This document shows, piece after piece, positions 1 through 7,900 of a DNA stretch of 64,000 nt (positions within the stretch are counted from its first letter, which is position 1; every line of letters starts with the position of its first letter). The notes below the pieces were generated by a model, which saw nothing but the letters and a program-made list of their open reading frames with translations, was not told the origin of the DNA and did no database searches. Source of the stretch: an uncultured virus (IMG/VR IMGVR_UViG_3300009183_000076) (lineage: Duplodnaviria; Heunggongvirae; Uroviricota; Caudoviricetes); the IMG/VR virus record IMGVR_UViG_3300009183_000076. One strand, given 5' to 3'. The translations under genes were made by a program, and so were the position numbers.

Positions 1-44
1 ACTATTGTTGTTTGGCCGTTAATTGGTGATGTCGGAAATGCCAT
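1..44 (-). CDS. 5' end of a virion/tail-fibre-associated protein (runs off window start)
   Basis: Minus strand from ATG at 44 reads MAFPTSPINGQTTIV..., the same MxFPxxPxNGQ N-terminus as 46..300 and 2146..3246. Not in the ORF track. Confidence 0.75.
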   Translation of the reverse strand, partial: MAFPTSPINGQTTI

Positions 45-45
45 T

Positions 46-300
46 TTATGTTCCTGTTATTATTTGACTTTGAATATCAATCCAGTAACTACTAACACCG
101 TCACTTACGTATTCGTATAAGGTATCTTCGCCAGTGTTATACCAATGATCACCAGTGGCGGGATTACTTGGACCGGTTGCTGCTGCAGTGAATTTTGCAC
201 TAGATATACGAATCCAAGCATTTTGCACCAAATTGTAGGAATACCTTATTCCATTTACTGTGGTGATTTGTCCGTTTGTTGGTGATACTGGAAATGACAT
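46..300 (-). CDS. small tail-fibre-associated protein (MxFPxSPxNGQ family)
   Basis: 84 aa; paralogous to the N-terminal ~85 aa of 2146..3246 (GDHWY...LYEY..DG.SSYW.DIQS); TAAATA box upstream at 320-325. Confidence 0.75.
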   Translation of the reverse strand: MSFPVSPTNGQITTVNGIRYSYNLVQNAWIRISSAKFTAAATGPSNPATGDHWYNTGEDTLYEYVSDGVSSYWIDIQSQIITGT

Positions 301-327
301 TGATTATCCTATTTTTTCATATTTATT

Positions 328-789
328 TTAAATTCTGTCCCATTGTCCAGTTACTGTATTCCATTGGTATAAGAATCCGTCAGATGGGTAAGGCTTATTT
401 ACAACTCCTGTACTCATTGATTCTAATGCTTTTCTTCTTGGCCAGTAATCTTCTGCTACATCTTCTATAAAATACGGCATACTTGTTTCAGGAATTATGT
501 CTGATATATCACCGTCAACATCGCGTATTGCAAACACACAGTACCAAAGAACATTGTCTGTCAGTGCAGTAAATTTATGTGGGCGTTCTTTTTTAATAAC
601 AATAAATGTTGGAGCAGTAAATTGTCTTGGTGGATTGCCTTCTACTTCTACTTCTACAGTGCCCAACGCTAATAAACTAACATGATCAAATAAATGATAG
701 TGTCCTTGTGTAGACTCACCTGCATTTTCTAATACATTTTGCCTAACCCAGATATTTCCAAAATATCCTAAATCATGTCTTTTTCTCAT
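328..789 (-). CDS. cupin-fold protein with C-terminal Trp-rich tail module
   Basis: GHYHLFDHVSLL...FTAPTFIVIKKERPHKF is a cupin-like His pattern; C-terminus PYPSDGFLYQWN...W resembles the ends of the MAHFAE proteins. Confidence 0.6.
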   Translation of the reverse strand: MRKRHDLGYFGNIWVRQNVLENAGESTQGHYHLFDHVSLLALGTVEVEVEGNPPRQFTAPTFIVIKKERPHKFTALTDNVLWYCVFAIRDVDGDISDIIPETSMPYFIEDVAEDYWPRRKALESMSTGVVNKPYPSDGFLYQWNTVTGQWDRI

Positions 790-790
790 A

Positions 791-1183
791 TTATCCTAGA
801 ATTGCAACATTAGTAATTTCAACCCAATCTTTGATTTCTTCGTCCCATGCATAAAATTTACCGTCAATACCATTAAATGGCGAGACAACTGGTGCTTCCC
901 ACCATGCTATTTCTTCATTTAGTACCCACGACGGGTACGGCTTGGGTGGAACGAATGCATCTCTTTGTTCGTCGTACGTATAACCAACACCCGCATAGTT
1001 CTTGCGGAAGGATCGATTGTAACTTGTTTGAACCCAGCGGTTACTGTCGGGCCACAGACTCTTGCAAAACTCAATTCCTTTTTGTTCGCTTTCGTTACCG
1101 TTTTTATCAAGTATATCTGAATTATTAATTACTTGAACGGTTAACACTAAATTATTTTCGTCTATTTCAGCAAAATGTGCCAT
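791..1183 (-). CDS. tail-fibre assembly-like protein (MAHFAE family)
   Basis: Likely true start is the MAHFAEI ATG at 1183 with AAGGA upstream; clear paralog of 3270..3632 (W.QTSYN..FRKNYAG.G.TYD...DAF.PP.PYPSW). Confidence 0.75.
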   Translation of the reverse strand: MAHFAEIDENNLVLTVQVINNSDILDKNGNESEQKGIEFCKSLWPDSNRWVQTSYNRSFRKNYAGVGYTYDEQRDAFVPPKPYPSWVLNEEIAWWEAPVVSPFNGIDGKFYAWDEEIKDWVEITNVAILG

Positions 1184-1196
1184 CTTGAATTTTTCC

Positions 1197-2141
1197 TTAT
1201 CCAGTGTAAGTAAATGTTCCGCCGCCTGTGAACACATGTAAGTACCATCCGGGTCTCGTTGCTGTATCAATAGTTCCGCCGGTACCCCTGGCTTTAGTAC
1301 TATTATAAGAAACAATTACAATACCACTACCACCAAATCCATTACTTCGACCTCCATCAACTGCATGCAAATCAGATGTACCACCACCTCCGCCACCAGT
1401 GTTTGTAGTAGCTGGATTGCCTAAGGTTCCGGATCCAGCTGCACCATTGGCATATGGGCCGTAACCTCCAGCACCGCCGCCGCCGGATCCGCCTACTCCG
1501 CCTGCTCCGTTCCCGTTGGTTTCACCGCCACCACCGCCACCACCGGCAAACCAACCACCAGTGACAACGCCATTTGGTTTTCCTGTGCCTGCGCCCGTCA
1601 GAACTGAAAATTCTGGATATCGTAGGCCAACTCCCCCGGATCCGCCTTGTGTACCTGCGGTGTTAAAGTTTCCTCCAAGACCACCTGCACCACCACCACC
1701 ACCATAACCTGTTCCGCCACCGCTGGTTCCACCAGCAAATCCTTGACCTAGAGTTCCTGCCCCACTACCACCACCTCCAGAACCAAAAGTTCCACTACCA
1801 CCACTTCCACTAACCGCGCCTTTAAGGGCAGTGATACTTGTGCCTGTGCCAATGAACGAAGAGTCTACTCCTGATGCATTAGCTGTTCCTCCGCCGCCAA
1901 CTGATACTGTATACGATGTACCTTTAGTTAATAAAAGAGCAGCCCCGTTTGGAGTTTTTGGTGTTGTATTTGACCCATAGTATACTAGGCCGCCTGCACC
2001 GCCGCCTGGTGTTCTTTTTGCTCCGCCTGCACCGCCACCAGCAACTACTAATAGTTCAAATTTTCCATCAAACCCGGATCCTGCTCTAGAGAAACCAAAT
2101 GATTTTGCACTACCAGTACCAAAAGTTCCTATTAATGGCAT
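1197..2141 (-). CDS. glycine-rich virion protein (putative adhesin / fibre tip)
   Basis: 314 aa with many GGGG runs, LVVAGGGAGG N-terminal motif and GSGIVIVSY...GG...HVFT C-terminal motif shared with 3667..4638 and 20863..21786. Confidence 0.7.
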   Translation of the reverse strand: MPLIGTFGTGSAKSFGFSRAGSGFDGKFELLVVAGGGAGGAKRTPGGGAGGLVYYGSNTTPKTPNGAALLLTKGTSYTVSVGGGGTANASGVDSSFIGTGTSITALKGAVSGSGGSGTFGSGGGGSGAGTLGQGFAGGTSGGGTGYGGGGGAGGLGGNFNTAGTQGGSGGVGLRYPEFSVLTGAGTGKPNGVVTGGWFAGGGGGGGETNGNGAGGVGGSGGGGAGGYGPYANGAAGSGTLGNPATTNTGGGGGGTSDLHAVDGGRSNGFGGSGIVIVSYNSTKARGTGGTIDTATRPGWYLHVFTGGGTFTYTG

Positions 2142-2145
2142 AGTA

Positions 2146-3246
2146 TTATCCCGACCACGAATACTGTGTTTGGCTAGCTAATATTGTAAATACTGCATTT
2201 GACTTTTTAAATATTGTGTAGCTGTAAATGTCTGTTGAATTGGCATTGCCTTTTGTTGGCGCACTTGCGCCTTGCCATGCTGGCGTAATACTTGATCCAT
2301 CAACTTGAATAGCACTTGGGTAATATGGAGTGGCTGGATTTTGCCAAACAATTGCAACTGTAGCAGATTGTCCTATTCCCAAAATACTATTCAACGAAGT
2401 TGTTGAATTTCCTCTGATGTTTATTGTAACATTTGCTGCAGCGTTGGAAGTAAAATAAACCACTGGTGCAGTTATTGCATCTATACTAATAGGCCCAGTG
2501 GGTGCAACTGCTGTAATATTGGCTTGTTCAAATATTGAATATACTGTTATATAATTAAAGTGTTGCGTTACACCAGTTATAACTAAGTTGCTTGTAACAT
2601 TACCGGCAATAGTTAAATTGCCACTAATATTAGTATTACCAGTTATAGAAGCAATTCCACTGATGCTAGCGTTATTAGTAACAGAAATATTACTAGTGCT
2701 GGTATTGCTGTTTATAGAAAGATTACCACCAACGGTTATATTGCCGCCAACACCCATTCCTCCAACTACTACTAATGCACCTGTTGTATTTGATGTACTA
2801 GGTGTAGTCGCGGCGGCAACAATATTGCCTGCTGAAATAGTTAACGAATTACCGGACATAGTATTGCCAATGATAGTATTGGCATATATATTTTTTATAT
2901 AACCAGTTTGTGCGCCAAGACTATAAACATTATTCAATCCAACAACTACATTACCCGACAATGTAGTATCAGACATATTGCTAATGTTACCAACTTGTCC
3001 TAAACTTTGGATGTCAACCCAGTAACTGGTAGTACCATCGCTCATGTATTCAAAAAGAATATCACTGGCTATGTAATACCAGTGATCTCCTAGGCTGGGA
3101 GTAGTTGGTGCAATATTGCTTGCGGTATAAAGATTAAATGTAGTTGCAGCACTACGCACCCACGCAGTTCTTGCACTGTTGTAGGTATACGTAATGCCAT
3201 TAACTACAGCAGTTTGTCCATTACTAGGTGTACTTGGAAATCCCAT
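2146..3246 (-). CDS. tail-fibre-like protein
   Basis: 366 aa, T/N/S/G-rich; carries the STSNTTGALVVVGGMGVGGN repeat typical of the fibres in this window. Confidence 0.7.
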   Translation of the reverse strand: MGFPSTPSNGQTAVVNGITYTYNSARTAWVRSAATTFNLYTASNIAPTTPSLGDHWYYIASDILFEYMSDGTTSYWVDIQSLGQVGNISNMSDTTLSGNVVVGLNNVYSLGAQTGYIKNIYANTIIGNTMSGNSLTISAGNIVAAATTPSTSNTTGALVVVGGMGVGGNITVGGNLSINSNTSTSNISVTNNASISGIASITGNTNISGNLTIAGNVTSNLVITGVTQHFNYITVYSIFEQANITAVAPTGPISIDAITAPVVYFTSNAAANVTINIRGNSTTSLNSILGIGQSATVAIVWQNPATPYYPSAIQVDGSSITPAWQGASAPTKGNANSTDIYSYTIFKKSNAVFTILASQTQYSWSG

Positions 3247-3269
3247 TCTTTACCTTGTTAATCTACTAT

Positions 3270-3632
3270 TTATTGTGAAACTACATCCCAACTTTGTGTT
3301 TCTTCGTTCCATGTATAAAATTGCCCATCTGATGGCATAGCAACTGGTGGTGCCCAATGACAATTTTCCTCTTTAAGAATCCAACTTGGATATGGTCGTG
3401 GTGGTATAAATGCATCTCGTGTACTATCATACGTAAAGCCAATTCCAGCATAGTTTTTACGAAACGTTCCGTTGTAACTGGTTTGTTTCCAAGTTCCGCC
3501 TAGTAGATTTCTGCAAAAAGCTACACCAATTTCTTCTCTTTCTTCTCCTTGTGGAGTCATGGTATCAACATTGTCGACAACAATAACTCTTAATACTACA
3601 TTGTTTTCACCTAATTCAGCAAAATGTGCCAT
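3270..3632 (-). CDS. tail-fibre assembly-like protein (MAHFAE family)
   Basis: 120 aa; AGGAG RBS and TAAATA box at 3659-3664 upstream; paralog of 791..1183. Confidence 0.75.
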   Translation of the reverse strand: MAHFAELGENNVVLRVIVVDNVDTMTPQGEEREEIGVAFCRNLLGGTWKQTSYNGTFRKNYAGIGFTYDSTRDAFIPPRPYPSWILKEENCHWAPPVAMPSDGQFYTWNEETQSWDVVSQ

Positions 3633-3666
3633 TTATATTTCTCCTTACATTTCTTAATTATTTACG

Positions 3667-4638
3667 TTATAAAAAAATACTAAATGTATTTGTTCCTGTT
3701 GTAGTAAACGTATGTACAGTAAAGTTACCTACGGTTGTTACCGTACCGCCTGATCCTCTTTGCGGCCCCGGATATCTAAGTATTACTACACCTTGTGTGC
3801 CAGCCGACGATGCTGCACCGGCATTTCCGTAACTGCCTCGCAATGCGTTGCTGGCATCTCCTGGCGTGGTTCCTACACCAGTACTTAGTAATCCACTAAC
3901 TAGACCGGGCCATAGATACCCAGACCCACCTCCACCACCGGCCATGGTATTTGATTCCGAGTAACCGCCACCTGCTCCACCCCAGTACCCGCCACCGCCA
4001 CCACCGCCGTAACCTGAGTTACTGGACTGGCCTCCTTGAAGAGCCGATGCCCCGGGTCCGGCACCAGTAGAAGTACCTGCGGCCGATTGTGTACCTCCAG
4101 TACCGGCGTATGCTGTTTTTCCATCGTACGGACTGCCGCCTGTTTCCCCAATCGAACCGCCACCTGCTCCACCACTGTTACCAGCACCAGCGCGACTTGA
4201 TCCACCACCGCCTGCCCCACCAGCAATTAAAATTGCGCCAGCTTGACTATACCCAACAGTATTGTTAAATACTCCGCTTAATCCACCACCGGTGCCACCG
4301 TATCTGTTATCACCACCGCCGGGCATTACACCACCGCCACCGGCAACTGTACTTGTACCATTAACTACGCCGGCACCACCAACCATGACAGTGAATGACG
4401 TAGATGCGCTCAATGGCATTATTCCAAATGCTGCGCCACCGCCGCCGCCCGGTGAAGCAACTCCCCATCCGCCAACAGTACCACCTGCGCCACCGCCGCC
4501 CCAGCAGTACATTTCTACTAGAAATTTAGAGTTAAATAGGCCTAATCCTGTTATATCAACCATGCCTTTGGGTTGATTATAAAGATAATCAGTAGCCTTG
4601 GCTCCAATTATACCATAATTTCCCCGTGATCTTCCCAT
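3667..4638 (-). CDS. glycine-rich virion protein (putative adhesin / fibre tip)
   Basis: 323 aa polyglycine protein ending GVVILRYPGPQRGSGGTVT...HTFT; paralog of 20863..21786. Confidence 0.7.
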   Translation of the reverse strand: MGRSRGNYGIIGAKATDYLYNQPKGMVDITGLGLFNSKFLVEMYCWGGGGAGGTVGGWGVASPGGGGGAAFGIMPLSASTSFTVMVGGAGVVNGTSTVAGGGGVMPGGGDNRYGGTGGGLSGVFNNTVGYSQAGAILIAGGAGGGGSSRAGAGNSGGAGGGSIGETGGSPYDGKTAYAGTGGTQSAAGTSTGAGPGASALQGGQSSNSGYGGGGGGGYWGGAGGGYSESNTMAGGGGGSGYLWPGLVSGLLSTGVGTTPGDASNALRGSYGNAGAASSAGTQGVVILRYPGPQRGSGGTVTTVGNFTVHTFTTTGTNTFSIFL

Positions 4639-4994
4639 TAATAAATTACCTCATATGAACAAGTTATTTGTGCCGATGTAGCTGTACTGGCATTGGCTTG
4701 TAAATAATCGCCTTCTTCCATGTATATAGAAACGTCTTTTGCTGTTACTACCAACGTACTATTTGCCGGTACTGCCATGTTTCCTGCTAGATAAAAAACA
4801 CTTGATCCTCTTCCTATTACAACATTAGATTGAATACTTGATGTTGTATAGTTTGCTATCATTACGTCATTTATTTTAATTACATTTCCACTAGTGGCCG
4901 TATTAATAATTACATTTGACATTGTCGCAGTTAATTGTTGGTACTGTGTTTTACCATAAATTGTAGTTACATTTACTATATTAGGTGCTGCCAT
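4638..4994 (-). CDS. small virion adaptor-like protein (MAAPN family)
   Basis: Likely start is MAAPNIV at 4994 after GGAGGA; paralog of 21790..22146 (EEGDY.Q.N.S......SYEVI). Confidence 0.75.
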   Translation of the reverse strand: MAAPNIVNVTTIYGKTQYQQLTATMSNVIINTATSGNVIKINDVMIANYTTSSIQSNVVIGRGSSVFYLAGNMAVPANSTLVVTAKDVSIYMEEGDYLQANASTATSAQITCSYEVIY

Positions 4995-4995
4995 A

Positions 4996-7900
4996 TTATC
5001 CTCCAAATACTATTGACATTGCAATAGCCTTTCCTGTTGTCATTGTGTTTGTTAATTTTGATCCGTCGCCATGGTAATAACTTGATCTTACGTTTCCGGA
5101 CGTGGTGACGTTTGCTGCAGTAATATTCCCACTGGCAGTAACTATTCCTGTAACTACATTGCTGGCTGTTATATTTGCACTTGCTGTGACTATAGTAGTA
5201 ACCAAGTTACCTGCTACTACATTTCCTGTAGTAGTTAAATTTGCTGCGTTTACGTTACCAGTTGCTGTGACTATATTAGTAACTACATTAGCTGTTATTA
5301 CATTAGCAGTTGCTATTAAATATGATGTTGCTACATTTCCTGTAGTAGTTAAATTTGCTGCGTTTACGTTACCAGTTGCTGTGACTATTCCTGTAATAAC
5401 GTTTCCAATAGTTAAATTTGCTGTTGTTCCTAACCCAAGAGCAGTCAACGTAGAATTTATGTTGTAAACGCTACTAATACTTACATTGGCTAAAATTAAA
5501 TCAGACAGAACACTACTAGTTGGTGTAGTTGGACTACTTGTGTCAACCCACTGGTTACTGTCACCATCATTGATGTATTCAAATAGTATATCGCTTGCAA
5601 CATAGTACCATTGGTCGCCGGCATTTGGACTTGTAGGTGCTGTGTTACTTGCAGTAAATGTTCCGCCGCCGCTACTAAATGCTAAGCCATTGCCTGCCCA
5701 ATACAAACCATTGGTTGTGTAAAACTTATCTGCATAAACATTACCAGCTATACCCACACCACCACCTACTACCAATGCACCAGTAGTTGTTGATGTACTA
5801 GTTGTGGTTGCAACAACAACTAAATTACTGTTTGTATTAGTGCCAATTTTTGTGTTTGCATATGTATAGAATGCACCAATGTTGGCATTAATAGTGTTTA
5901 TACTTGTTGCTTGTGTAGCAGCATTACTATTAGAAAATATTTGGAATGCGCCAATGTTAGCATTGATAGTGTTTATACTTGTTGCTTGTGTAGCCGCATT
6001 GGCATTGCTGAATATTTGGAATGCACCAATATTACCGCCAATATATGCTTCAACATTTACATTGCTGTATGTACTACCAGCACTTATTGTTGATAAGATG
6101 TTTACACCATTGGCAAAAATAAAAGTTGTACCAGTTACATTGCCTGTTACACTAACATTACCTGCTTGTATGTTGCCTGCTATACCCATACCACCACGAA
6201 CTACTAATGCACCTGTTGTAGTTGATGTTGAGGGTGTGGTGTTACTGACATACAGGCTACCTAGTTCAACATTGCCCAATGTTCCTGTGACGACACCGTT
6301 AGTTTCTGTTGCATCCTGATAATAGGTAAGTGCTTCGGTGGCGTTTTCCCATCCAAGGAAAGCATGCTTGTCTGATGTTTTATAATAATGCAGCCGTATA
6401 CCAACATCTCTACCATCATCGCTGATCAACGGTGCTAAATTGGCAAAGGTATGTAGATCAATTATGCTGTCAGTGACAGTTAGGTTATTACTACCAATTG
6501 TTAATGTGTTACCTTGAACAGTTAGATTACCGACTATAGTCAAACTGCCTTGTGCTGTGGTAGTTGCGGCTGCTGCACCAAAACTGGTCAGTCCGGCCAG
6601 TGTTGTTACACTGGGTAGATATGCAGCAGTGTTGGCATTAGCACCAGTTGCTAAACTGGTAATACTGATGGCTTGACTAGCAGCATTACTGAACAATGTA
6701 GTAATATTTGTGGTAGCGGTGCCTAAATTTGCATCAATGGAGTTAATACTTGTGGCTTGTGTGGCTGCATTGGCATTGGCATAAGTTTGATATGCACCAA
6801 TGTTGGCATTGATAGTGTTTATACTTGTTGCTTGTGTAGCCGCATTTGCATTGCTGAATATTTGGAATGCACCAATGTTAGCATTGATAGTATTAATACT
6901 TGTGGCTTGTGTAGCTGCATTGGCATTGGCGTATGTTTGATATGCACCAATGTTACCACCTATGTATGCTTCAACATTGGCATTGCTGTATGTACTGCCG
7001 CTACTAAATGCTAAGCCATTGCCTGCCCAATACAAACCATTGGTTGTGTAAAACTTATCTGCATAAACATTACCAGCTATACCCACACCACCACCTACTA
7101 CTAATGCACCGGTTGTGGTTGATGTTGAGGGTGTGGTTGATGCTGCTACAATGTTACCAATTGTTTTTAAGATACTACCAAAATACGAAGTGCCAGAATT
7201 TACATATAACGCATACGGGTCTGTGATTGTAGTAAGCCCCGAAGAAGTTGGAGCACCTTCGATATATAAAGTAGTCGCAATACCCGCACTATATGGGTCT
7301 ACTCCATCATCCAGTACAAGAGTAGTTGTTTTGAGTGAGTTTGCATTAACTTGAGCGTAGGTACCGTTTTTAGTAAAAGTACCCCCGGAGTTATAAAAAC
7401 CAAAACTATTTGTTGGGGTGGGCGAAAATAAACTAAAAGGATTATTGGTTGGCTCAATTTGAAGAAGCGATGCGCTAGTAATGTTATCGCCAATACCTAC
7501 TCCCCCAACACCAGTAAGATTCATTCTTTTGTAGGTGCCAGCAGAAAAACCTAATATACCGCTCACCCCCACCTGATATATTCCTGTATTTGGGGCAATT
7601 CCAGAACTTGAGACACTAAAATTATTTGCGGTTACGTTTCCAGCAATACCTGCACCACCTGCAACAACCAATGCACCTGTTGTGGTTGATGTTGAATTAG
7701 TAGTTGCAACAACGACTAAGTTGCTGTTTGTATTGGTACCAATTTTGGTGTTAGCATAGTTGTAAAATGCATTTAAATTGGCCTGTATTGCTACCACATT
7801 GGCATTGGCATAAGTCTGATATGCACCAATGTTGGCATTAATTGTATTAATTGATACGGCTTGTGTAGCTGCATTGGCATTACTAAATGTTTGGAATGCA

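Noticed and set aside
1184..1315. N-terminal extensions given by the ORF track (791..1315, also 4638..5006, 21790..22158, 48904..49263)
   Set aside because: They overlap upstream genes. Paralog alignment and RBS position support later starts at 1183, 4994, 22146 and 48958.
5668..7101. Diversity-generating retroelement template/variable repeat pair
   Set aside because: The copies are identical rather than differing at adenines, both are coding, and no reverse transcriptase is in the window.
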